A stretch of DNA of 50,169 nt from Chloroflexota bacterium (GCA_016210545.1 JACQTY010000166.1:1-50169); one strand, 5' to 3'. Counted from the first letter of the stretch, positions 16,184-26,015 are shown. Notes: generated by a model from the sequence alone, not told the origin. Translations and numbers: made by a program.

Positions 16184-17497
16184 CCGCACCGCCGCGTGGG
16201 AGACCACTGTAGCCAGCCTCCCGTACTCTCCGGCCAACCTCTCGGCCACGCTGGCCCAGCTCAGTCCCGCCACGCGGGAACGCGCCGACCGAGAAAGTCG
16301 CTGTTGCAGGCCCTCGTCTTCGAGGAAGCGGCCCAGCGTATCGGCAAGACCGCGGGGCGACAGGTCATCGGTGAGCAGGCCCGCCCCTCCGTCCTGGACC
16401 AAAGTGGGCATGACTCCTACAGGCGCCGCCACCACCGGCAGTCCGCAGGCCATGGCCTCCAGGGCCACCAGCCCGAAGGTCTCGTAGCGGGAGGGCAGCA
16501 CCATGACATCGGCGGAGGAGTAGTAGAGGGGCAGCTCATCCTGGTCGATGGCCCGGTGGAAGCGGACCATTGACTCGATGCCCAGGCTGTGGCTCAGGCC
16601 ATACAGCTCGGTCAGTTCCTCCGGCTCCGAGTCATCGCCGCCCACTATCATGAGATGGACCGGCCTCTGCTCCGATACGATGGCCGTGGCTTCCAGAAGC
16701 TGGTGGACACCTTTTTCACCCCCCAGACGTCCCACGTAGAGCACCACCGGCAGCCCATTCAGGCCCACAGCCCGCCGCGCCCACGCCTTTGGCAACGGAC
16801 GGAACGTCTCCAGGTCTACGCCGCAGGGGATTACTGCGGTCTTCGAAGGCTCGACACCATACAGTTCGGCGAGGTCCTGTTTCTCGGCGTCGGTGGAGGC
16901 CACGACCAGATCGGCTAAGGACAAGACCTGCTGCTCCGTGACAGCCCGCAGACCCGGCTCCGCCGTGTAGCCCAGGCGCCGCTCCTTGCCGCGGGCCGAG
17001 GTGTGGAGCATGGTCACGTGCGGGACCTGCCACTGTTCAGCCAGCGCCATTCCCACCCACCCGGATAGCCAGTAATGGCTGTGAACAATGTCGTAACCGA
17101 TGCCCTCAGCGTCGCGGAAGCGGTCTACCGCCTCGGCAAACTCCGGCAGGTAAGGGAACATATCCGTTTTACTCGGATTGCCGCCCAGCGGCAGGTGGAT
17201 AAGCCGGGCGCGCTCCCCCAACCCCACTACATCAGCCGACCCCGGCTGGTGCCGGCGAGTGAAAACGTCCACGGCAATGCCCAACTGCCCCAGATCGCGC
17301 GCCACGTTCTGCACGTAGATGCTCATGCCCCCCGTATCGCGCGTCCCTGGCCTGCCCAGAGGGCAGCTATGGACGCTGAGCATGGCTACTCTCAAAGCGC
17401 CGCGCTGACCGCTCTCAGCCTGTCTAAGGGAAGTCCCGACAGGTCGGGATTCGACAGGTTCAGCGCGGCGAGTAACTGCCCTGCGTTGTTCCTTCAT
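16151..17497 (-). CDS. mshA: GT4 glycosyltransferase, MshA-like (D-inositol-3-phosphate glycosyltransferase family)
   Basis: MLSVHSCPLGRPGTRDTGGMSIYV, HSHYWLSG, PSRYETFGLVALEAMACG; ATGA overlap with the GNAT gene. Confidence 0.8.
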   Translation of the reverse strand: MKEQRRAVTRRAEPVESRPVGTSLRQAESGQRGALRVAMLSVHSCPLGRPGTRDTGGMSIYVQNVARDLGQLGIAVDVFTRRHQPGSADVVGLGERARLIHLPLGGNPSKTDMFPYLPEFAEAVDRFRDAEGIGYDIVHSHYWLSGWVGMALAEQWQVPHVTMLHTSARGKERRLGYTAEPGLRAVTEQQVLSLADLVVASTDAEKQDLAELYGVEPSKTAVIPCGVDLETFRPLPKAWARRAVGLNGLPVVLYVGRLGGEKGVHQLLEATAIVSEQRPVHLMIVGGDDSEPEELTELYGLSHSLGIESMVRFHRAIDQDELPLYYSSADVMVLPSRYETFGLVALEAMACGLPVVAAPVGVMPTLVQDGGAGLLTDDLSPRGLADTLGRFLEDEGLQQRLSRSARSRVAGLSWASVAERLAGEYGRLATVVSHAAVRAARERKEHDR

Positions 17498-18525
17498 TGC
17501 CGCACAACCTCCGGGACACTGGACTTGCCCGGCTGGGTCACGATCGTGCAGCGGTACACCGGCGTGGGCTTGCCGCCCAGGTGCGCCTTGTAGTCTTCAG
17601 CCCCCCGCAGGAAGTCGTACGCCCTTTCCCCCTCGGATATGGCCGTCTGGATGGACAGGACCTTGCACAGCAGGCCAACGCTGAGCCCCTGGTAGGCGGG
17701 CTCAAAACCGCTGTTATACAGATACAGGGTACCGTTGAAATTGAAACAGAAGGCGGCAGCCACGCGCCTGCCATCCAGCTCCATGAAATACAGCCGCAGC
17801 CAGCCGCGCTCGCCCGTCGCCTGGTACAACTGGCGGAAGAAGGCTTCCCTTCGGGGGGTGAGAAACTCATCCTTGGATGCCCGGCTGATACGGAAGAGAC
17901 GAAGGAAATCCTCTAAGTCCTCAGAAAGGGAATGACTGGCATAGAAACGTACCTGTCCGGCCCGCTCCAGCCGGCGCAGCTTCCGCTTCAACTCGTGGCG
18001 GTCCTTGCCGTGGAGGCTCTCCAGGTACTCATCCCAGGAAGAGGGCAGGGGCATGCCGTAGGAGACATCAAGGGGTTCGGTATGGGTGACACAGCCAAGC
18101 TCTCTGGCCAGTGGGACGACATTCAGCGATGCTGTGGAATCTGGAAGCAGGGGATGAAGGTCAAGGGAGCAGCCTCCGTTACTGGCAAACCGAATTAAGG
18201 CGCCGGCGACGATGTCTCCCGCGCCGACCGCAGCGATGATGTCCAGGTAATCGCAGACCTCTTTGTCGCCCAGCAATCGTAGGGTGTCGCCTTGGCGCAC
18301 CAGAGGGACAATGCCCACCACGGCGCCGCCATGCCTCACCGACAGCAGGTGAAGCTCCCCGGCGCCGAGGTTCTGCCACCACGAGCGGCCCCAGCAAGGA
18401 GTGAAGAAGATATGCCGCGCCGGGCTGCTGGCCAGGACCCGATGCCAGTCGGCCTCCAGGGAATCGAAGTCGTCGAGGTGGTCTTGTATCGTTGCTGTAG
18501 ATGGAAGAACGGTCAATGTCTCCAA
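17494..18525 (-). CDS. GNAT family N-acetyltransferase (CelD/BcsL-like)
   Basis: W..F.TP.W...WW, CDYLD, LKRKLRRL, YLYNSGF, YDFLRGAEDYK. Confidence 0.88.
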   Translation of the reverse strand: METLTVLPSTATIQDHLDDFDSLEADWHRVLASSPARHIFFTPCWGRSWWQNLGAGELHLLSVRHGGAVVGIVPLVRQGDTLRLLGDKEVCDYLDIIAAVGAGDIVAGALIRFASNGGCSLDLHPLLPDSTASLNVVPLARELGCVTHTEPLDVSYGMPLPSSWDEYLESLHGKDRHELKRKLRRLERAGQVRFYASHSLSEDLEDFLRLFRISRASKDEFLTPRREAFFRQLYQATGERGWLRLYFMELDGRRVAAAFCFNFNGTLYLYNSGFEPAYQGLSVGLLCKVLSIQTAISEGERAYDFLRGAEDYKAHLGGKPTPVYRCTIVTQPGKSSVPEVVRQ

Positions 18526-18599
18526 TCTCGTGGGAGTGATTACGGGCCAGACCTTGAGATTTCATTATAGCGCAGGAGTAAGGGGCAGGTATAGTAGGA

Positions 18600-18930
18600 G
18601 ACCTTACCCTCTCCGAAATCGCGACTAGTCGGGTCTTTACGCAGTCTCGTCGAAGACTCTCCCGCGAGCGGGATCTCCGATCGGAACGGAGATGAGCAAA
18701 GCGTCATCGGACTGGCCCCCTCTCCGACATGGGGCGTTGCCTCAAATGTCATTCTGAGGAGTCCCGACGTGTCCCGATGTATCGGGAAGAATCTGGGTCC
18801 CGATTTATCGGGATTCGTATCTGATTGACCCTCCACCCCATCCCGACTAGTCGGGATTCGCTACACTCAGGGTGACAGTGAGGGCACTTTTGGGGCAAAG
18901 CCCCGACATGGGAGAGGGGAATGGGGGAGA
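18600..18930. repeat. Intergenic cluster of palindromic elements
   Basis: TGTCATTCTGAG...GAAGAATCT element, ATTCGCTACACTCAGGGTGACA, and three CCCGA-N4-TCGGG palindromes (18773, 18799, 18842). Confidence 0.7.
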
Positions 18931-18938
18931 AGTCTGTC

Positions 18939-20672
18939 CTACCGTCTCCCGAATTCCTTCTCCAGTTGCGAGGCGCTCAGGTGCACCATGGTCGGCCGGC
19001 CGTGGGGGCAGGTGCGGGGCATAGCCGCCTTCTCCAGCAGCCTCACCAGCTCCCGCATCTCCTCCGGGTCGAGCGATTGGCCCGCCTTCACCGCCCCGTG
19101 GCAGGCCAGCGACGCCTCTATGCGCTCTTCCCACCCCGTGCGGCGGCCCTCGGCCAGCGCATCCGCTATTTCCTTCAAAGCCTCGGCCAACCCCTGTCCA
19201 GAGTTCTTCGACGAGGTTGCCAGGACCGCGGGAATAGAGCGCACCAGGAAGCTCTTATCGCCAAAAGGCTCCAGGGCAAAGCCGTACGCCTTCAGGTTGT
19301 CTACCTCGGCGTTCAGGATGTCCTGCTGCTGTGGACTCACCTCCAGCACGAACGGCTCCAATAACCCCTGCTCCTCGACCTGCTGTCTGGCCCGCTGCGA
19401 GTGGACCTTCTCGAAGAGGACGCGCTCATGTGCGGCGTGCTGGTCGATGAGGTAAACGCCCTCCGGCCCCTCGGCGATGATGTAGCAGTTGGACACCTGG
19501 CCAAGGACCCGGAGAATTGGGATCTGAGATGTGGGAGGTCGGATGTGGGAGGTGGGGGACGGAAAAAGCGAATCGACAGAATTGTCATCTCCGGAGGGCG
19601 AAGCCTTGAGCACGCCCTGGATCGGGAGGGGCGACAGCTTCAGCGGTGCAGCCGCGGGGACTTCCATTTGCGGAACGGGCATCCTGGCGACAAGCGCCGC
19701 CCGCACGGCCTTCTGCGCGGCAGCAAAGACTATGTGCTCGTTTCGGAAACGGACCTCGGCCTTGGTGGGATGCACGTTGACGTCCACCTCGGTAGGGTCC
19801 AACGTGATATTCAGTATGGCCACCGGGTGCCTGCCCGTCATGAGCAACCCGTGGTATGCCTCTTCCACGGCATAGGCCAGCACAGGGCTTCGTATCCAGC
19901 GGCGGTTGAGGAAGAAGCTCATGTAGCCCCGGTTGGAGCGCGCCGCCTGCGGCGGCCCGATGAGGCCGCCCACCTTCGGCGAGACATCCTGGTCATTCGG
20001 GGCTATCTCGATCAGCTCCTGGGCCAGCTCCAGACCGTAAAGCTCCACGGCGGCATCACGCAGGCTGCCACTCCCTGGCGTACGCAAAGAGACCCGGCTC
20101 TCTATGTACAGCGTGAAGCGGACCTCGGGGTAGGCCAGGGCGTACTCGGACACCACCGCGGAGATGTGGCTGCTCTCGGTGGCCCACGACTTGAGGAACT
20201 TGCGCCGCGCCGGCACATTGTAGAACAGGTTGCGCACCGTGATTGTGGCGCCCCGCGGACGGCCCCTTGCCATCCGTTCAATCACTTCCCCGCCCTTCAG
20301 GCTGAGGAAGGCGCCCGCAGCGTCGTCCGCGGTCTGGGTAAATAGCTCCACCAGGGACACCGAGGCGATGGACGGCAGCGCCTCGCCGCGAAAACCGAGA
20401 GAGGATATCTTTTCGAGGTCCTCCAGCGAGGTTATCTTGGATGTGGCATGGCGCTGGAAGGCCACGTCGACCTCGCCCGCAGGGATGCCGCAGCCGTTGT
20501 CGGTAACGCGGAGCAGCGTGATACCGCCGCCGCGGACCTCCACAGTTATCTGGGAGGCGCCGGCATCCAGGGAGTTCTCGATAAGCTCCTTGACCACCGA
20601 GGCTGGCCGCTCGATGACCTCGCCGGCGGCGATCTTGGAGACAAGGTCAGGGGAAAGGACTTGAATGGGCAT
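18939..20672 (-). CDS. mutL: DNA mismatch repair endonuclease MutL
   Basis: IAAGEVIERPASVVKELIENSLDAGA, GFRGEAL, DVNVHPTK, DQHAAHER, ACH, CPHGRP. Confidence 0.97.
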   Translation of the reverse strand: MPIQVLSPDLVSKIAAGEVIERPASVVKELIENSLDAGASQITVEVRGGGITLLRVTDNGCGIPAGEVDVAFQRHATSKITSLEDLEKISSLGFRGEALPSIASVSLVELFTQTADDAAGAFLSLKGGEVIERMARGRPRGATITVRNLFYNVPARRKFLKSWATESSHISAVVSEYALAYPEVRFTLYIESRVSLRTPGSGSLRDAAVELYGLELAQELIEIAPNDQDVSPKVGGLIGPPQAARSNRGYMSFFLNRRWIRSPVLAYAVEEAYHGLLMTGRHPVAILNITLDPTEVDVNVHPTKAEVRFRNEHIVFAAAQKAVRAALVARMPVPQMEVPAAAPLKLSPLPIQGVLKASPSGDDNSVDSLFPSPTSHIRPPTSQIPILRVLGQVSNCYIIAEGPEGVYLIDQHAAHERVLFEKVHSQRARQQVEEQGLLEPFVLEVSPQQQDILNAEVDNLKAYGFALEPFGDKSFLVRSIPAVLATSSKNSGQGLAEALKEIADALAEGRRTGWEERIEASLACHGAVKAGQSLDPEEMRELVRLLEKAAMPRTCPHGRPTMVHLSASQLEKEFGRR

Positions 20673-20925
20673 ACCAGATTATAGCAGTTGGGACGGAGGG
20701 ATGTAATCCCGATGCATCGGGACGCCGGTGGGCGATGGAGGAGGGACGAGCACGCGGCGCAACTCCAGAAAGCCGGGGTAGATATGGCACAAAGGAGGTA
20801 AGAGGCGCTCCCGCAAGCGGGATAAACTATGCCCCTGAGGGCAATGTCCTGACGCCCCAGGTTTTCTCAACCTCAGACCTGGAACTTGGACCGTGCTCCA
20901 CCACCCCGGCGAGAAATATTATACT

Positions 20926-21165
20926 TTATCTGTTCTCTTCTTCCAATAGGGTGCGGATTTCCTTAAAGACTTCATCGCCGGGTATGGTCTTGACTTTGCC
21001 GGTCTTGATTTCACTAACTCTGTTCTCAGCTTCCTCTGCCCATAATGCGTCTATTTCTTTTTGCGAGGGATGCAAGCTATTGAGAATCTTCTCAACCAAC
21101 ATAGTCTTTAAGTCCACAGGCAAAGACTCGACCATTGAAATTAGTTCGTCCGTCTTAGTACCCAT
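20926..21165 (-). CDS. Addiction-module (unstable) antitoxin, apparently without its toxin
   Basis: LP..K..LVEKILNSL, IDALWAEEAENR..IKTGKVKTIPGDEVF; GAGG RBS. Confidence 0.8.
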   Translation of the reverse strand: MGTKTDELISMVESLPVDLKTMLVEKILNSLHPSQKEIDALWAEEAENRVSEIKTGKVKTIPGDEVFKEIRTLLEEENR

Positions 21166-21205
21166 GAGATCGCCTCACTTTCCCACATATTAGCATAACG
21201 CAGGG

Positions 21206-21727
21206 TCAGCGGCTGGCAGAAGCGCCCAGCGGTAAAGCTGCTCCGTCGGACAGCAATTCTGCCAAAGGCCGTCCCAGCCCGTGGGCCAGGGCCACAAGTG
21301 TCTCGTAGCGCGGTGACTGCTCGCCGTTCTCAATGCGCACCAGCGTAACCCGGCCTATCCCCGCAGCAGTAGCCAGGTCCCTTTGCGACATGTGCGCCGT
21401 TTTCCTTAGCTCGCGAATCCGGCTGCCAATAGATTGCCTTCCTCGTGCTGCGACGGCTTCCATGCGCGGCCGGTAAGAAACGTCACAATAGTGGCGAACG
21501 AAGTCCCACGGCAACTCTACCGCCTTGCCCCCGGCAGAGCGCAGAATTACCTCATAAGGGTTGGGCAACTCGATCGCGGAGAGACTGGCAAGGTCGCCAA
21601 TATCGGGTATATCAGCAAACGGAATAATACCCGTGCAGCCATCCGCGAAAGAAAGCTCAATACCTTCCTTCAGCGGGTTTGCTGAAGTCATCATCCTGTC
21701 TGCGTTCCTGACTAGCACTGCACCCAT
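21206..21727 (-). CDS. XRE-family HTH protein with N-terminal DUF2442-like domain (antitoxin)
   Basis: IGSRIRELRK..MSQRDLA..AGIGRVTLVRIENGEQSP; N-terminal LSFADG; downstream of DUF4160. Confidence 0.8.
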   Translation of the reverse strand: MGAVLVRNADRMMTSANPLKEGIELSFADGCTGIIPFADIPDIGDLASLSAIELPNPYEVILRSAGGKAVELPWDFVRHYCDVSYRPRMEAVAARGRQSIGSRIRELRKTAHMSQRDLATAAGIGRVTLVRIENGEQSPRYETLVALAHGLGRPLAELLSDGAALPLGASASR

Positions 21728-21737
21728 GTTGGCATCT

Positions 21738-21974
21738 TTACCTCTTGTGGACGTTGTCCCAGGTTTTCCTGATTGCCTCAGCATATTTTCTATAGACTCG
21801 CAAGATCGCGCCGTAGTCGCCGGATGGCGGCTCGTCCATGAATCCCCCGCTGTTGAGATCAATCCGGCAGACGTCTTCGTTGCCGACCCACACGTGAACG
21901 TGGGGCGCCTCGAAATCGTTCTCCCGTGTGTACACCACGAACCGGAACTGCCCCTCTGTAGCTACAGTTGGCAT
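21738..21974 (-). CDS. DUF4160 family protein (HicA-like putative toxin)
   Basis: MPTV..GQFRFVVY..APHVHV, W near the C-terminus. Confidence 0.82.
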   Translation of the reverse strand: MPTVATEGQFRFVVYTRENDFEAPHVHVWVGNEDVCRIDLNSGGFMDEPPSGDYGAILRVYRKYAEAIRKTWDNVHKR

Positions 21975-22021
21975 CCACTACACCTGCGCACAGCCCGCCA
22001 ATAGCCCGTAAGCCTATCGTT

Positions 22022-22051
22022 AGTATGTATCATAAACGATACACATGTCAA
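22022..22051 (-). promoter_or_regulatory. Promoter of the DUF4160-XRE operon with palindromic operator
   Basis: TTGACA (22051-22046)-18-CATACT; TGTATC-N6-GATACA at 22026-22043 between and overlapping the boxes. Confidence 0.65.
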
Positions 22052-22334
22052 GGGGACGGAAGTTCAGTTTCAGCATGAACCTCTGTCAACGGATTGACTA
22101 TTAGATCTACCTCGTAGTCGCGCAGATTGGGTGCTGGTCGAACATCGATGGTTTTCATTCCCGGCGGCAGTAACGCGCGCCAGTCTGAGGCCAGGAATTC
22201 TTCCTGTGCTCCCGCCGTCTTACTATCTCCTGCAGCAAGTGCCCCGACCTTAGGATGTTTGAATCTTGTCTTGACGAACGCTCTAGCCAGGCATGAATTC
22301 ACTGATCCAGAAGCCGACGCCTACAGCAAGAGAC

Positions 22335-22670
22335 TCAGAATGAAGCCAAAAGAGTTAATGGGCCAGACGTAAACATACACTCTTCGGCATTGATTACCCT
22401 GGCGTAACGGGAGACTTCTTCAGGACGAGGGTCAGGGCAGACCTCGGGTGGATAGAGGACCAGAAGCTCCTGCAACGCGATGACTCTGGCCGGCATCTTG
22501 CTTCTCACTGCTCTTATCACTTCTTCCAGGACTAACCTGGATATGACGGCCTCGAATCTGTTGTCGAGGAAGAGCGATATTACCTTGCCGGGCGCGCCCC
22601 GCGGAGAACACACGGCAGAGTATATTATGTTGCTGTCGAGGAGCGCCCTAATCCTCGTACTCCAAGCCAT
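22335..22670 (-). pseudogene. PIN-domain (VapC-like) toxin, apparently 3'-truncated
   Basis: ALLDSNIIYSA and LEEV motifs are present, but after INAE the expected D..ILA and VTGD C-terminal motifs are missing and unrelated sequence follows. Confidence 0.6.
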
Positions 22671-22935
22671 AGCGTTCCTTGATAAGCTCCTTCCTGATCT
22701 TCCTGCCCTCCTCGATTAGTTCTTCCTCCGCTATCCCCGACCTCTGGAACGCCTCCTGGATCTCCCGCAGGGCGTTGAGGGCTAGCACCTTTTTGGGCGT
22801 GACTACCAGCTTTGAGTCCTCCACCGATAGCTCCAGCTTGTCACCAGGGCTTAGCTTCAGTCTCTCGCATATCTCCCTGGGCAAGGTAAGCTGTCGCCGA
22901 GGGCGCAGTTGTATATCCACAGTCGTCTTGGCCAT
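22648..22935 (-). CDS. AbrB/MazE/SpoVT family antitoxin
   Basis: QLTLPREICERLKLSPGDKLELSVEDSKLVVTP; overlaps the PIN gene; AGGAG RBS. Confidence 0.88.
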   Translation of the reverse strand: MAKTTVDIQLRPRRQLTLPREICERLKLSPGDKLELSVEDSKLVVTPKKVLALNALREIQEAFQRSGIAEEELIEEGRKIRKELIKERYGLEYED

Positions 22936-23068
22936 ATACTATCTACTCCTACGATATATCTAATGTCTGACATCAGACGTGCGATGGCAGACAGCCGCAT
23001 TGTGGTGGGGTTGAGCGCGGTTGTCAAATGTAAGGCGAAACGCGCGCTGCGACAGGCTCAGCGCGGCG

Positions 23069-25687
23069 TTACCCCTTCCCCTCCGCCTTCTTCTTCAGTT
23101 CGTACAGCCTGGTCAGGGCCTCCAGGGGCGTCAGCGAATCGATGTCCAGTCTGGCCAGCTCGTCTTCTACCTGAGAGCGGGCAGGCAGCAGCGGCAACTG
23201 CTCCACCGGCGCCTTCCGCCCAACCCGTTCAACTCTGCCGACTCTATGGACCGCAGAAGCCCCGCGGACCTGGCCGCTCTCCAACTCCGAGAGTATCTCC
23301 TGCGCCCGGTGGATCACCGCCCGCGGCAGTCCGGCCAGTTGCGCCACATGGATGCCGTAGCTCTTGTCGGCGCCGCCGGGAACGATCTTGCGCAGGAAGA
23401 CGACCTTGCCCCCTTCCTCCACCACCCCTACATTGAAGTTCTTCACCCGCGGCAGGAAGGCCGCCAGGTCTACAAGCTCATGGTAGTGGGTGGCGAAGAG
23501 GGTCTTGGCCCCGAGCTTAGGGTGGTTGTGGATGTACTCGGCCACGGCCCGGGCGATGGATATGCCATCATAGGTGCTGGTACCGCGGCCAATCTCGTCG
23601 AGGATAATGAGCGACCTTGATGTAGCGTTGTTCAGGATGTTGGCCGTCTCGGTCATCTCCACCATGAATGTGGACTGCCCGGCCGCCAGGTCATCCATGA
23701 GGCCGACGCGGGTGAAGATGCGGTCCACCAGCCCCATGGCCGCCGACTCCGCCGGCACAAAACTGCCGATCTGGGCCATGAGCACAATGAGGGCCACCTG
23801 TCGCAGATAGGTGGATTTCCCCGACATATTCGGTCCGGTAAGGACGATAAGCTGCGACTCCTGGTTGGAGAGCAGGGTGTCATTGGGGACAAACTCTTGC
23901 ACGGTACACTCGACCACCGGATGGCGCCCTCCCCGGACATCTATCCTGTCGCCGTTGTCCAGCCGGGGCCGGACATAGTTCTGTCTTACGGCCACCTCGG
24001 CCAGCGCAGCCAGCACGTCCAGTTGCGCCAGAGCCTCGCCAAGCGCCAGCAGCCGCTCGCCGCCGGCCCCCACCTGCTGGCACACCTGGCGAAAGAGCGT
24101 TCCCTCCAGATCCTCGATCCTCTCCTGGGCGTGGAGCACCTGGGTCTCATACTCCTTGAGCTCCGGCGTGAAGAATCGCTCGGCATTGCTCAGGGTCTGC
24201 TTCCGAATATAGTGGGACGGCGCCTGGTCGATGTTAGGCTTAGACACCTCGATGTAGTAGCCGAAGACCTGGTTGTAGCCCACCTTCAGCGACCTGATAC
24301 CCGTCTTCTCCCGCTCCTGACGCTCCAGGTCGGCCAGGAACTGTCTGGCATTTTGTGAGAGAGAACGGAGGCCATCCAGTTCCGGAGAGAAGCCGGGCCG
24401 GATGACATGGCCCTCCGAGGGATCGTCGTCGATGGCCTGGGCAATCAAGGCTGCCACCTCGGGACATGGCTTGATCTGGCCGGAAACCCATTCCAAACCA
24501 CGCCGCGCTGAGCCTGTCGAAGCGAGGTTGTTCTCCAATTCAGCCTTAATCTGTGGCACTCTCTCCAGGCTGCGCCGGAGGCTGACCACCTCCCGCGGCA
24601 GGGCCAGACCGGAGCGGACCCGGTTGGCCACGCGCTCCAGGTCGGTGATCTCTCCCAGATGCTGGACCAACCTCCCCCGGGCGATGGTGTTGTCGTGAAG
24701 CCACTCCACCCCGTCCAGCCGGCGCTCCAGGCCAGCCAGGTCCAGTAACGGCTGGCCGAGCCACTTCTTCAAAAGACGGCCCCCCATAGCTGTCTTTGTC
24801 AGGTCGAGGACCGCTAGCAGCGCCCCGCCCGCCCCCAGCCTGCCACCCTGGAAAAGCTCCAGGTGACGCCGCACCGGACCATCGAGGAACATGAAGGACT
24901 GCGTGGAGTAGGTGGACAAACGGTTGATCTGGCCCAGCGACCCCTTCTGCGTCTCCTGAAGATAGTGGACTATGGCCCCGGCGGCCCGTATGGCCAGGGG
25001 CAGCCCGGCGCAGCCGTAGCCTTCCAGGGTAGCCGCCTCGAAGTGCCTGAGGAGCAGGTCGCGGGCCGTCTCCAGGTCGAACCAGATGTCGTCGAGGTTG
25101 GTCAGGGGGGCGGTTGGGCTGCCGTTGGCGCCGGTCAGGCTTTGGACCAGATCCCGGGAGGCCAGGACCTCCGAGGGGCGCAGCCGTTCCAGTTCAGACA
25201 GGAGCTTGTCCCTGGGGAGCTGGGTAGCAGCGAACTCGCTGGTGGTGATGTCGGCGTAGGCAATGCCCGCTGCGTCCCCGTCCACCACCACCGAGGCCAG
25301 GTAGTTGTTGGCCTTGCCCTCCAGGAGTCCCGGGTCTACCACGGTGCCGGGGGTGACCACCCTCACCACATCCCGCGGCACAATGCCCTTCACCGAGCCG
25401 GGGGACACCAGTTGCTCGCAGATGGCCACCTTATAACCCCGCCCTACCAGCCGGCCCAGGTAATTGTCCAGGGCATGGTAGGGAATGCCGGCCATGGGCA
25501 CCCGCTGCCCCTTGCCCATCCCCCGGCCGGTGAGGACGATCTCCAGTTCTTTGGACACAAGCTTAGCATCCTCGTCGAACGTCTCATAGAAATCACCGAG
25601 CCTGAAGAGGACGATGGTATCGGGGTAGCTCCGCTTCACCTGGAGGTATTGGCGGCGGATGGGGGTGATGTTGTCTTCTGTCGACAT
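23069..25687 (-). CDS. mutS: DNA mismatch repair protein MutS
   Basis: TPIRRQY, FRLGDFYETF, GPNMSGKSTYLRQ, STFMVEM, DEIGRGTST, FATHYHEL, SYGIHVAQLAG; start set at MSTEDN. Confidence 0.97.
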   Translation of the reverse strand: MSTEDNITPIRRQYLQVKRSYPDTIVLFRLGDFYETFDEDAKLVSKELEIVLTGRGMGKGQRVPMAGIPYHALDNYLGRLVGRGYKVAICEQLVSPGSVKGIVPRDVVRVVTPGTVVDPGLLEGKANNYLASVVVDGDAAGIAYADITTSEFAATQLPRDKLLSELERLRPSEVLASRDLVQSLTGANGSPTAPLTNLDDIWFDLETARDLLLRHFEAATLEGYGCAGLPLAIRAAGAIVHYLQETQKGSLGQINRLSTYSTQSFMFLDGPVRRHLELFQGGRLGAGGALLAVLDLTKTAMGGRLLKKWLGQPLLDLAGLERRLDGVEWLHDNTIARGRLVQHLGEITDLERVANRVRSGLALPREVVSLRRSLERVPQIKAELENNLASTGSARRGLEWVSGQIKPCPEVAALIAQAIDDDPSEGHVIRPGFSPELDGLRSLSQNARQFLADLERQEREKTGIRSLKVGYNQVFGYYIEVSKPNIDQAPSHYIRKQTLSNAERFFTPELKEYETQVLHAQERIEDLEGTLFRQVCQQVGAGGERLLALGEALAQLDVLAALAEVAVRQNYVRPRLDNGDRIDVRGGRHPVVECTVQEFVPNDTLLSNQESQLIVLTGPNMSGKSTYLRQVALIVLMAQIGSFVPAESAAMGLVDRIFTRVGLMDDLAAGQSTFMVEMTETANILNNATSRSLIILDEIGRGTSTYDGISIARAVAEYIHNHPKLGAKTLFATHYHELVDLAAFLPRVKNFNVGVVEEGGKVVFLRKIVPGGADKSYGIHVAQLAGLPRAVIHRAQEILSELESGQVRGASAVHRVGRVERVGRKAPVEQLPLLPARSQVEDELARLDIDSLTPLEALTRLYELKKKAEGKG

Positions 25688-25905
25688 CTTAGAGCCTATT
25701 TTAGCAGAACCGGGGCGCTGCGGTGAGGTCAAATTGGGTGCAGGCACCATTGACCGCAATAGTTTCCCATTTCATACTGTGGGCAGTTGATCCTGAATCA
25801 CGATCTCTAAACAGGTCCGAATGACCTGAGTCGAGGCCCTAAAGGTAGAGAATCGTTTATGCACGCTTGCGCCGGGCGCAGCGAAGCATAAAGTAGCCTG
25901 GCGCT

Positions 25906-26015
25906 GTCATTCTGATGGAGTCCCGACGTGTCGGGACGACTGAAGGATCTGGGGCGGAGTAATCCCCGAGCATCCCCAGACCCTTCGTCCCGATGCATCG
26001 GAACTCAGGCTGACA
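25906..26015. repeat. Palindromic intergenic element (TGTCATTCTGA...TCAGGCTGACA) with nested CCCGA-N4-TCGGG
   Basis: Terminal inverted repeats and similarity to the element at 18747. Confidence 0.7.

Noticed and set aside
19401-20345. 314-aa plus-strand ORF (likewise 24863-25726, 2890-3771, 40785-41852, 8749-9552)
   Set aside because: Antisense to well-supported genes; no independent motifs.
22048-22302. 84-aa ORF within the TA island
   Set aside because: No RBS or recognisable motif and an in-frame stop just upstream; probably a gene remnant.
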